Source: Macrostomum lignano (taxonomy: Eukaryota). From it: DNA of 64,000 bases. Shown one piece after another: positions 10,205-21,700 of this stretch. The position numbers and the translations under genes were made by a program. The notes below the pieces were generated by a model that ran no database searches, had not been told where the DNA came from, and worked only from the letters and a program-made list of their open reading frames with translations. Within the stretch, counting starts at the first letter, position 1. Each line of letters opens with the position of its first letter. The stretch lies in the NCBI GenBank assembly GCA_002269645.1, contig NIVC01000608.1, positions 294,684 through 358,683 on the forward strand. Reading direction: 5' to 3'.

Positions 10205-13200
10205 ATGGCATGTGTTTTCTGTGAATATGCTTCAGGAGAGTCCCCAAATAGTCTGTCAATTGTACTAAAGGTCGGTATGTATAAGTCATTGAATTGATAT
10301 TTAAAATACAGATTTTTCTATATGTATTTTCTATTACATATATTTTTTGGTATTCGCCTATAGCATAGGGGCCTAGGCTATAATTTGTAGTCAATCAGTT
10401 AAACACTATTCTATTATTTTTCCCAGCAATAGTTTAGAGGACTCTATATCCTGTATGTATCTTAGAAAAAAACATTTATTATATTTTTGTGAAAGCTGAT
10501 GTCTAATATAAGTTAAAGATTTTACATACTTTCTATTGCATTGTCAATTTTGAAACTACTATTAGATTAACAAAAGTGACAAAAGTGATTTAGATATTAA
10601 ATTCAAATAAGTAAAAAAGGCAAAGTACCCAATAAAAGGCTCTTTATTTTTCTACTTTATTTACATCTCAGATTCTTAGCCTTTTAAAATCAAGATTCAA
10701 TTAAGATTTGAAAAAGAATTTTAAAAAGTAAAAATCTAAAATTACAAATATCAATTGTTAAAATTAGATAAATATCTCATCTGACCTTTAAAAAAATTCC
10801 TTAAAATCTATGCCAAAATTTCTTTATAAAAAACAAAATTAAATTAAAAGTTTTTAATTTTAGCATATTTTAATTAATTTTTAAAACAAATTTCAAGAAA
10901 TAAACATTTTATCATTGAAATATTCAACTTTTATACTATACAAAATTTTATTTTTTATATAAAAATGTTAGATAATATTACATAGTTTACTCATCCTAAG
11001 ATGTATGGGAAAATTTATGCCAAAATTGTATATGCCAAAAAGATATAAAAAAATATTTTTGTGCTCCAAAATTTTTATCCCAAATATTGACATGAATTGT
11101 CAACTTTAAAGGAGATTTTTTTGTTTGTATGCCAGAAATTTCTAGTGTACAAATCATACATGCCTAACACCTATCCAAACTATCCAAACCAGACGGGTGA
11201 AATGGCGCTGGCCAGGGTAAGTCGCAAAATAAAAAATGTGAAAAATGAAAAATTTGAGGAAGAAAGAAAGGAGAGAAAGAGAAAGGAAAAGAAAGGAGGA
11301 AGAAGAGAGAGAGAAAGAGAAGAAAATAGTAAAAGGCAAGAAAAGTCATATACAAAGTGAAAATTAAGTCACAATCAAAAGGAACTAAGTCACAATTGAG
11401 AGAAACTAAGTTGCACTGGATGGGTGAAATTTTGAGGTTGGGCATGTATGGTACAAATGGTAATGTTTCAGAACTTGGATAATATAAATAATATTTATAA
11501 TCAATGCAGTTACACTTTCTTGGAACTCATCATTTATTGAGTCATAACTCAAAAGCTTTAAAACAATTGAAGCATTAAATGTGGCTCTTCAAGCAGAATT
11601 TTAATTTGAGCAGTTTCAATGTGGTAGTAAAAATTTATATGGAGATGATAAATGTCCCAGCAAACAGCTCTTGTATTAAATATTTTAGCTATAGCCCTAG
11701 GAACTCTAGACCAATGTGCATATTATAAGGATAGTCATAGTCAGAAGTTTAATCCCATTAATCCTATTGCAATTTTTAGACAGATGAGCTTGTGGTATTT
11801 CGTGACATTCGTCCAGCTAGCCAACATCACCTATTAGCCTGTCCAGCCCAACACATCCCTGATGCCAAGCATCTGACCAAATCTGATATTGCATTGGTGG
11901 AGTCACTTGTTGAGGCAGGACTTGGAGCGATTGAGAAACTGGGTGGCAACAGGCTAGAGACCAGGTGTGCCAATTATATTATTTCAAATTTACTCAAGTC
12001 TTTCCTGCATTTAAGCATTTAAGTTTGAGTAGCTAAAATACTTCCAAGCATTTGAATATAATAAGAAACATCCAATCACATCAATGCAATAAGAATCGCC
12101 CTCAGCCATGTGAATGCAATAGGAATCGCCCTCAGCCATGTGAATGCAATAAGAATCGCCCTCAGCCATGTGAATGCAGTAAGAATCGCCCTCAGCCATG
12201 TGAATGCAATAAGAATCGCCCTCAGCCATGTGAATGCAGTAAGAATCGCCCTCAGCCACGTGAATGCAGTAAGAATCGCCCTCAGCCATGTGAATGCAAT
12301 AAGAATCGCTCTCAGCCATGTGAATGCAGTAAGAATCGCCCTCAGCCATGTGAATGCAGTAAGAATCGCCCTCAGCCATGTGAATGCAATAAGAATCGCC
12401 CTCAGCCATGTGAATGCAGTAAGAATCGCCCTCTGCCATGTGAATGCAATCAGAATCGCCCTCAGCCATGTGAATGCAATAAGAATCGCCCTCAGCCATG
12501 TGAATGCAGTAAGAATCGCCCTCAGCCACGTGAATGCAGTAAGAATCGCCCTCAGCCATGTGAATGCAGTAAGAATCGCCCTCAGCCATGTGAATGCAGT
12601 AAGAATCGCCCTCAGCCACGTGAATGCAGTAAGAATCGCCCTCAGCCATGTGAATGCAGTAAGAATCGCCCTCAGCCATGTGAATGCAGTAAGAATCGCC
12701 CTCTGCCATGTGAATGCAATCAGAATCGCCCTCAGCCATGTGAATGCAATAAGAATCGCCCTCAGCCATGTGAATGCAGTAAGAATCGCCCTCAGCCATG
12801 TGAATGCAGTAAGAATCGCCCTCAGCCATGTGAATGCAGTAAGAATCGCCCTCAGCCATGTGAATGCAAAAAGAATCGCCCTCAGCCATGTGAATGCAGT
12901 AAGAATCGCCCTCAGCCATGTGAATGCAGTGACGAACGCATCCTCCTGTCTCTGTTCAACGCAGGGTGGGTTTGCACTGGCCGCCTTTCTGTCTAGTAAA
13001 GCACTTTCACGTGCATCTGATTTGGCCGGAATCCGAACTGACTTGGCTGTCGCGATTAATTTTTCGCCCCAATTCATATTGGTTCTGCACGGTGAGTTTG
13101 TGAAATACGATCAGTGTTAACTGTTAAGACAATATGGCCTCAATAAGCTGTGTTTGTTAATAATTATTATACTGTCCATTGATTTTACACAGGTGCCGAG

Positions 13201-13234
13201 TCTGATAGAGTATCTGAATAATCTACCGGACTAA
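10205..13234 (+). CDS. HINT3: Histidine triad nucleotide-binding protein 3; join(10205..10270,11780..11964,12965..13091,13193..13234), 139 aa
   Basis: Spliced product MACVFCEYASGESPNSLSIVLK|TDELVVFRDIRPASQHHLLACP...R|VGLHWPPFCLVKHFHVHLIWP...RPNSYWFCT|VPSLIEYLNNLPD. HIT motif HFHVHLI and HINT3-type HxPPF and NSYWF. All junctions are GT-AG and phase-compatible. Confidence 0.92.
12083..12930. repeat. 30-bp tandem repeat (AAGAATCGCCCTCAGCCATGTGAATGCAGT), about 28 copies, in HINT3 intron 2
   Basis: Visible periodicity; a unit length divisible by 3 produces the four 300-aa repetitive ORFs. Confidence 0.95.
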
Positions 13235-13519
13235 TTATTTATCTTTTGTCTTCAGTCATTATTGTGACGTTACACATGCTGTGTACTTTTCTTGTCTATA
13301 GTTATGCACATCGATTAATTATCATCTGTGATAGACTAATAAATTATAAAGTATTTTAAATTTATTTCGTGGTCTTGACTTTTTCATTTAAAGAGGTACC
13401 TTTTTACTAGATTAGAAAGTTGAATTTTGAACCCATTTAAGAATCGCCCTATATGCGTCTTACAAGAGTAGAAGTTTTGATAAAGAAAAAAGGTGTTTGT
13501 AGAGACGCTATGATTTCTC

Positions 13520-13670
13520 AAAGCAGCCGTTGCTAGGGTTGTTCAGATACCTCACAGAACTTGTTAAGGCAGCTCAGAACACATCGAGAAGCCGTTGCTA
13601 AGGCAGCCCAGAACACATCGAGAAGCCGTTGCTAAGGCAGCCCAGAACACATCGAGAAGCCGTTGCTAAG
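13520..13670. repeat. 34-bp tandem repeat (GCCGTTGCTAAGGCAGCCCAGAACACATCGAGAA), 3-4 copies
   Basis: Visible periodicity between HINT3 and TMEM170. Confidence 0.8.
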
Positions 13671-13813
13671 ATGGCCCAGGAAGACTACTCGTACCATAGC
13701 AACCAGGAGTTGTGGTTCCTATAAAGTCTTTTCCAGTATAATTTCGATACCTTTAAGACAAAAACAGGGATCTATTGTTGTGGGATTCGCTTTTATTTGG
13801 GCTTTGAAACTAA

Positions 13814-14239
13814 ATGAATTTGTCTTCCCAATTTCAGGCGTTAAATTTGACTGCTGGAGATAGCGCAGTTTCGCCGTCAGACGATCCAATTAACGACATC
13901 ATTGGCACAAGCGGCAGCAGCTACGCTGGCATCTGGTGGGCGGTGTTCCTGTGGACCGGCCTGCTCTCCATTGCTTTGCACCTCATCGGTCTGGCAGTTG
14001 CAGCTGTCCGATTGCGCGGTCACCCAGTTGGCCGACTGGCGCCTGTCGTATTCACCGGCGGCCTGATCTACAGTCTCCCCGGTCACGCCGTTAGCAGCCT
14101 CTGCGTTGCTTTTGTCTATTATTCAGCCGGCCTGCTTGGGCACAGCTTCTTCACTTATTATCACGCCGCAGGCTGGGGCGTCCTGCTTAATTTGGTCTCG
14201 GCTGTGCTGCCTTTCTCTGGGCTCACCTCCGTACTTTGA
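13814..14239 (+). CDS. TMEM170: Transmembrane protein 170 family, 3 TM, single coding exon (start uncertain; acceptor-like TTTCAG at 13832-13837)
   Basis: GIWWAVFLWTGLLSIALHLIGLAVAAVRLRGHPVGR...VSSLCVAFVYYSAG aligns by eye with TMEM170 (MWYGVFLWALVSSLFFHVPAGLLALFTLRHHKYGR...TSAAIAGVYRAAG). Confidence 0.82.
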   Translation: MNLSSQFQALNLTAGDSAVSPSDDPINDIIGTSGSSYAGIWWAVFLWTGLLSIALHLIGLAVAAVRLRGHPVGRLAPVVFTGGLIYSLPGHAVSSLCVAFVYYSAGLLGHSFFTYYHAAGWGVLLNLVSAVLPFSGLTSVL

Positions 14240-14271
14240 CCGTGTTCAAAAAGAAGCATCTTCTGGCCCTA

Positions 14272-14506
14272 AACCACCGCCAAGCAACCCACCCCAACCT
14301 CCGCCTAGCCACCCACCTCAACTTCCGCCTAGCCACCAACCCCAGCCTCCGCCTAGCCACCCATCTCAGCCTCCGCCTAGCCACCCACCTCAGCCTCCGC
14401 CTAGCCACCCACCTCAACCTCCGCCAGCAACCAACCCCAACCTCCGTCTAGCCACCCACCTCAATCTCCGCCTAGCCAACCACCCCAACATCCGCCTAGC
14501 CACACA
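14272..14506. repeat. 24-bp C-rich tandem repeat (CCACCCACCTCAGCCTCCGCCTAG), about 9-10 copies, filling the TMEM170-TELO2 spacer
   Basis: Visible periodicity. Confidence 0.9.
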
Positions 14507-14544
14507 CCACAATCTCGTGTCCAAAAGCCGAAGCCCGCCAGCCC

Positions 14545-17500
14545 ATGGATCCACTATTCCGTCGCGTGCTCGATTCATCGTCACCTGCCGGCCCACTGTC
14601 CGAGCTGGAGTCCCTGCTAGCCGATCCGGCCGTCCGGCCAACGCTGCTAAGCCACGCTGGCGGCTCGCTGCTCCAAGCTATCGTAGATTCGCTCGCCTGT
14701 CCGGAAGCTGCCGGTCGCCTGTCCGGCTTGTCCGACGCTGCCGATCGCCTTGTCGACGTGCTGCCCCCGGCCGTGTCGCTGGCGGCTCTGCTGTCCCGCT
14801 GGCGAGCCTGTCGGTCTGGCCGGCCATTGGCCGCCGTCATCCGCCTGACAATTCGCTATTTGACTGGCGACCGGCCGGCCGAATTTCTCCTCGGAGGCGG
14901 CGGCGGCGCTGACCCGGCCGAAGACGAGGCCGTTTCGCGCTGGCTGGCTAACCTGTCCACCGTGGTGTCGAACCGCTTGGCCACCGTCGCCGTCTCTATG
15001 GAGCCGGCGCCCGACCTGCTGACCGAGCCGTCGCTGAGCCGCCTGCTGTGCCACCGGCTGGTCGACTGTCTGGCCAGGCGCGCCGACGCCGGACGCTGCG
15101 CCCGCCTGGCCGGCTTGCTCTGCTTGAACAGCCGGCAGGCAGAATTTTGGACGGCGGTAGAGAACGGCTCGCTGGCCGAAGGCGCAGTCGCCAACCTGCT
15201 GTCCAAGGCGGACCCGGCGCATCTGGAGAATCTGCTAACTTGGCCTATCGCTAATTGCACCAATTTTAATAGTCTGTGCCATTATTTCGGTCGAAATCTG
15301 GTTGCTAAGGAAGCCGCAACGGCTCGTTTGTTGCTAACCGACAAGTTGCTGTTTGTGAGGCGATTCGATCGCAGCTTGTCGGCCAGGAATATTGCCAGGT
15401 AAGCTTAGGGCTGAGATTTAGATTATGGATTTTTTAAGTTGCCCTTTAATATAATGCATCAAATTGTGTACCTGTGTTCTCCTGTGAAAACTCCACCCTA
15501 TCCCCACCCTGTGAGCCTCTCCCACTCCACCCTATCCCCACCCTGTGAGCCTCTCCCACTCCACCCTATCCCCACCCTGAGAGCCTCTCCCACTCCACCC
15601 TATCCCCACCCTGTGAGCCTCTCCCACTCCACCCTATCCCCACCCTGTGAGCCTCCCACTCCACCCTATCCCCACCCTGAGAGCCTCTCCCACTCCACCC
15701 TATCCCCACCCTGTGAGCCTCCCACTCCACCCTATCCCCACCCTGAGAGCCTCCTGCTCAGCCCTAACCCCTAGTACCATTTTATTATAACTTTCTATTG
15801 AGACAATCATTTAAACATTAAATTAAGGTACCTGCACTGGGCCGACTGGTCTCTATTCTGCCGGGCACTTCTAGAGGCCGGCCGCATCTGGTCTCAGCCT
15901 GTAGTGGTCCGCTCCAACGGTATCGAGCAGCACCGGCACATCACCTGGTTCCTAGTTGTCGGCGCCAGGCTGCTGTCTGCCGACGACACCAACTCCAGTG
16001 AAGTGAAATCGGCGCGCGATCAACTAGTAGCCATACTGGTGCCGGGCATCGCTGCTCACTTTGAGCACAATGCCGACAATTTTCGCTGGATCGGCATGGC
16101 TACTGGCGAAGTGGTCACAGATTTGTTGCGACTTAGCAGCGTCGGCGGTGGCTCCGATGACGAGCGTCGGCTTAAATTTGACCAGCCGGCCTGTCCGGAC
16201 TCGAATCTGATTAAACGGCTTGCCTACGGCGATCTGGACTTTGTTGATGACATCGACAAGCCGGTTGATAAAGCGCTGCTAGGGACTCCAGATGATTCTA
16301 AGAATCTGTTGTCAGGGACGCCAGGTGGTACTAAGAATCCGTTGCCAGGGACGCCAGATGGTACTAAGAATCCGTTGCCAGGGACGCCAGATGGTTCTAA
16401 GAATCCGTTGCCAGGAAGGCTAGAAGATTCTAAGAATCCGTTGCTAGGGGACTCAAGCGACAAAAAGCAAGCGTCATTGGCGCCCATTGAACCATTGGAC
16501 TCTGATGACGACGAATCTGACGATGACAGCGACGAAAAGCTTCGACCAATTCAAGCGTCCCTAGCAACGGACGGGCCAGCGCCTGACGCTAATCGGCCGC
16601 GCTACATTCGTCAACTGTTGGACGGCCTGAGAGCAACAGCGCCGGAGGAGAGGGACCAGCTTCGGGCCAGCCTCATCGCGGCTCGCCAGCTCATCGCCGA
16701 ACATCCGGGCGCAGTTCGCGAGCTCAGTCTCGACCTGGCCAGCGCCCTGCTCAACCTGAACTCCGACAGCGACGATGCTATTGTTGAAGGCTTTGCAGAG
16801 AAGCGAATGGCCGCCCTGACTGAGCTAGTCTGCTCGGATCCCGGCTCAGTGGCTCCCTACCTGGCTAGCCAGGTGTTCCTGCCCGAGTACTGCACCAGTC
16901 AGCGGCTGGACGCCCTGCTAGCCCTGCAGACTGCCGCCCTGTCTCTAAGTCGGGCGAAGAGTCCGCCTGTGAACGCTGTGGCATCACCGCCGATGCCCAC
17001 CGTCGGCCGCGTGACGCGTCGCTGGGGCCGTCCAGTCCATCAGCAGGAATCCTCAGTCAGCGCCTTCAGCCAATTCGCCGGCGAGTTTTTCTTCGGCCTG
17101 GCGCGCGGATTCGACACGCAGGCCAGACATCTGGATCTGATTGGGCCGGATTATCCGGTACTGTGCAGGCTGCTGTACACACTCGGCGTAGTGTACTTTT
17201 GCGCCGAGAACTCGCCAGGACAGGTATAATAGAATTGTGTTTAAAATAGGATTTAATGTCATGCATGCGGATTAAAGAGGAAACAATGCGTACACAGAAA
17301 TAGCTAATTTGGATGCCGAGGCACTAGCTTATTAGAAAACAGCCTTTTACCCATAATAAGCGCGTAGGCTTTCTCCAGAAAACCTGGAATATTATGATTC
17401 AGGATATTTTATTGACACTAAGTTACAATCTTTACAGATCTATGCGCACACTTATAATATAGTGTGTAAAGTTATTAACGATACATATCGGCTATCGATT

Positions 17501-18036
17501 CATTTCTCTTTACTGACTTCTATTCGTACACATTCTTTGTAAACTGGCTATTGTTTGATAATGTTTAGAAAGTCGAAATTCCTATCTTAACACTTAAATA
17601 AGTGGGTCTGCTCGATGGATTCGAACCCGGGGACTTCGATTCGAGAGTGGGGCGCGTTGCCTCTCGCCCATCCAGTGTATTGCTGTACTGCACATTTAAA
17701 TCAATAAATTTACCAAACACCAATAACTTACAGGCCCGAATGCTGTCCGCTCTAGCCGAGCTACTTCCAGTAGTAGTTCGCCACCCGGAAGCGCCGGTTC
17801 GCCGAGGCGCCCTGTTCTGCTACGCCTGCCTAGGCTTGGCCACTCCGCACGCCCTCACCCAGGAGTTGTTGACCGTTGCCAGTAGCAGTGAGGCAGGCAA
17901 TTTTTTCAACTCAGTCGACAACGAGCCGGACGCTGAGTGCCGCCAGTTGGCCGCCTGCGCTGGCAGCCTTTTGGCCGGCCGACTGTCCGAGGCCTGGCGT
18001 TCGGCAATCAACTCAGCTTTGGAATCAGACGATTAG
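14545..18036 (+). CDS. TELO2: Telomere length regulation protein TEL2 homolog; join(14545..15398,15828..17223,17734..18036), 850 aa
   Basis: Motifs LDSDDDE (CK2/PIH1D1 site), PRYIRQLLDGL, SQVFLPEYCTSQRLDALLAL, APVRRGALF and EPDAECRQLA match TELO2. Splice phases 2 and 0 are consistent; length is typical. Confidence 0.9.
15490..15760. repeat. 30-34-bp C-rich tandem repeat (CCACCCTATCCCCACCCTGTGAGCCTCTCCCACT), about 8 copies, TELO2 intron 1
   Basis: Visible periodicity. Confidence 0.9.
17603..17678 (-). pseudogene. tRNA-derived fragment / SINE head in TELO2 intron 2
   Basis: Reverse complement has A-box-like TGGGCGAGAGG and B-box GGTTCGAATCC, but no closed acceptor stem. Confidence 0.45.
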
Positions 18037-18705
18037 CAGATTAAAAAGAGCTGTTTTAAAAATCTCAAACATTTTGCGCGATTTTTTCTGCTATTGCTAC
18101 TGCTAGTAGGCAAATTAGAAAAATTGCTTATTTTCTAACCGTCGTACAAACCATTTTGTTAATCTTCGATTCTTCATTAATTAGTTAGTTGTCACAGTTC
18201 CAAAAACTGCTAGTTTTCCTCATGCATTTCGGCAATTCATGTCTGTATTAAACAAGATTGAAAGCTACTTAGTAATGCAGTTTTGCTTGTAAAACATGTA
18301 ATGTGCAATAAAAATGTTGTTTGTTAACTAAAGACTGCGATTTCGAAAAAAATCTTACAATTCTTCCCTAGCTTTTATTGATTAAACAACTGTTTCCTAA
18401 TAAATATATGAGATAAACAGCAACTGCTCCCTTTAGCTAATTAGCATAATATATTAGTTAAACAGCAACTGATAACTACCGTCCAAGCTAATTAGTTTCT
18501 GAGTTAGTCTACTGATAAGTAGAAAGTAAAGTGTGGCACAGAAAGCTTGCACGGCGGGCAAATAAATGTAATAGGGGGAGTCCTGACCTATAAGGGACAA
18601 ACTCGTAGCATTATATAAGGAAAATCCCCATTATTCATGCCTGGCAACCGTATCGATCATGGTTCGACAGACAGCAGCGAATTGACATTGTTTTCCTTCG
18701 GCACA

Positions 18706-21700
18706 ATGCGACAGGCTATGTACACTTTTACTCTAACGCCTAGGCTTCAATCAATACGCAGTAGGCGTTTACTATGCTACGCCGGCGCCTTGGCAACGGT
18801 TGTCATGCTGTTGCTATGCATATATAACTTAACAAATGGCGGTCTAACGTATCCGCTTAATGAACAGTATCCGGGCGAGCCGCGCTACGGCATCATCTTG
18901 GACGCTGGCAGCACTGGGTCGCGGGTGCACGTGTTCGAATTTCGCTACCAACGCGGCCGCAAGCAGCCCTACGTGCTGGTCAACGAGCTGTTCCAGCAGG
19001 TCCGGCCAGGCCTGTCCGCCTTCGCCCGCGATCCGCGCCGGGCCGCAGCCAGCCTGGCCGATTTAATTGACGCCTGCAAGAGGCGCATACCGGCACACTA
19101 CTGGACTAGCACTCCGCTGGCGCTGAAGGCTACAGCCGGATTGAGACTGCTCAAGCCTGAGACTTCCGCCCGCATTCTGTCTGAGGTCAGGTTCTTTGAC
19201 CCCTACCAATTCTTCAGTCTGAAGCCTTCTTAAGCCTGAGCCCCCCCCCCCCCCACCAGCCCCTGATCCTTCAGTCTGAGGCCCCCCCCTGCCCCCGATC
19301 CTTCAGTCTGAGGCTCCTCCCATCAGCCCCCGATCCTTCAGTCTGAGCCCCCCCCCACCAGCCCCCGATCCTTCAGTCTGAGGCTCCTCCCATCAGCCCC
19401 CGATCCTTCAGTCTGAGCCCCCCCTGCCCCGATCCTTCAGTCTGAGGCCTCCCCCCCCCACCAGCCCCCGATCCTTCAGTCTGAGCCCCCTTCCCCCTGC
19501 CCCCGATCCTTCAGTCTGAGCCCCCCCCCCTGCCCCCGATCCTTCAGTCTGAGCCCCCCCCCACCAGCCCCCGATCCTTCAGTCTGAGGCCTCCGTCAGC
19601 CCCCGATCCTTCAGTCTGAGGCCCTCCCCCCCTCCCCCCGATCCTTCAGTCTGAGGCCCCCACCATCCCTGCAGCCTCCTCTATCCGTCTGCCCGCCTCT
19701 ACTCCAACACAGGTTCGCCAGCTGCTAGCCAAGTCGCCATTCGCGATGGACAGAGACTCGGTCGCCATCATGGACGGCCTTGACGAAGGCATTTTCAGTT
19801 GGGTGACGCTGAACTTTCTCAACGGCCAATTGGCGAAGCCTGAGGATTCCTACGGTGCATTGGACTTGGGTGGCGGCAGTACACAGGTTTGTAGGGACTA
19901 AATGTACTTTTTTTATCGTGTCTGTGCGACTCACACAAGATCAAAATCGATCAAAAGAGGAAACCCATAATTGTTCAATTGCACTTTCTATCTCGAAAAT
20001 AGGGGGGGGGCACAGAACTTACACAGAATGCTCAATCAGCGATTTAATGAAATTAAACTGCGTAGAAATAGATATGCGTACAAACTACTAATCCGGTGAA
20101 GAAACATAAGTAGCCATAGACTATTACTCAAGTGTGTAGCGTCAACGCCTGATTTATCAAGTCAGTAACCAGAAACCATGCAGCAATCGAAACGTAAAAC
20201 GTGAAACGTAGAAACCAGTTAAACTGGAGCACAAAACGTTTTGAAGTGATGCAACTCAAAAAGTTGGATAAAAAACGGACAAGTGTCATTAAAGCACTGC
20301 CATCAGTTGCTAACGTTCATTCGCAAAAATTTCTTGCTCACTGCCCCTTGCTTCCTCTTCCTTTGCCTTTGAGTTTCCCGTCGCTGATTGCTGCACCAAT
20401 GGTGCAGCCGTAGGCGGCAATACAGCGCTGCAAAGCTGATTGCACAACTTACCGAAATTTTTGCTTTCTTTTGAGTTTGAGTCTGGGATAGATGTAACTC
20501 TTCTGAGACACAGGCTCTTGGCTTTGGAGGCGAGCGGGTCTTCTGCTCCTGAGCCGTGTCTTTATACAGCTTCAGTGTTGGATGCGCATTCCAGACAAGT
20601 CGACTGTGCGGCTCATGACGGTCTTTCGGGCACATATACATGTGATCAGCGAAGTGCTGTGGGGGGCGTAGCCTAGACCTTTTTACTTTCTATTTTGAAA
20701 AATCTGCACTCAATATTGACATCTTTGTATTCAATTTTGACAGTCTGTGGCATCGCTTGTTGAAATGTTCAACCTAAAGAGTATTGAGGTCGCCTAGTAT
20801 AGAGTGCCAATAAGGATGAAAATCTGAGGCCGATTTTCAGAATCCACCCACCCCCTCCGGTCACCAAGCTTTTTAGTCTATGGCACAAGTTGTGTATCGA
20901 CGACGGCAGCTGAGTCTGGTGACTGAGCGATGTTGTCTTGCTTATTTGATACATGCCTTTTCTAAGTGTGAAATGTCTTATATTTCTGAGCATCGGCTTT
21001 GTACACCATTCTAGCCACAACTTGTGCCATAGACTAGAAAGCTTGGTGACCGGAGGGGGTGGGTGGATTCTGAAAATCGGCCTCAGATTTTCATCCTTAT
21101 TGGCACTCTATACTAGGCGACCTCAATACTCTTTGGTTCAACCTATTTTGACAAACCCGAATGCAATAGTGACGAATTTCAACTGAAATTGACAAACTCC
21201 AACCTTTTTTAACAATTTCCAAGCAATTTTGACACTGGGTTACAAAACAGTGCCTTTGTCTCGCCGTCTATGGAACAAAACTTGCATATGTGCCTCCATT
21301 TTTGACAGATTGCATCCAATAGTGACAATTATAGCTCAGATCCCAACCCTAGCCGGGCCTACGCGTCCTGACTAATCCGGTGAGAGTTCGCCCTGGTCAA
21401 TCGCCCCGGCGGGTGTTCGCTGATCCCAGGTCCAGGATACCACAGACTGTCAAAATTGAATGCAAAGATGTCAATATTGAGTGCAGATTTTTCAAAATAG
21501 AAAGTAAAAAGGTTTAGTGGTAGTTTTGGTGAAGTGTACATGCCTAAAGATATATAAGGGCCGCTGTACACTCCTGTGCGAGTGTGTGCCTGTGCGTATG
21601 ACTGCGTACGTATCCGCGCGCTTGTGCGCCTGCTCAGGGTAGTCTGCGAAATTTTCACGATCTGAGTGTAGCCGCCTTCTACACGTGTGATTTAGCGTGA

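Noticed and set aside
12011-13120. Four 300-aa repetitive ORFs (AEGDSYCIHM, CECSKNRPQP and others) as Cys-rich proteins
   Set aside because: By-product of a stop-free 30-bp array lying inside HINT3 intron 2.
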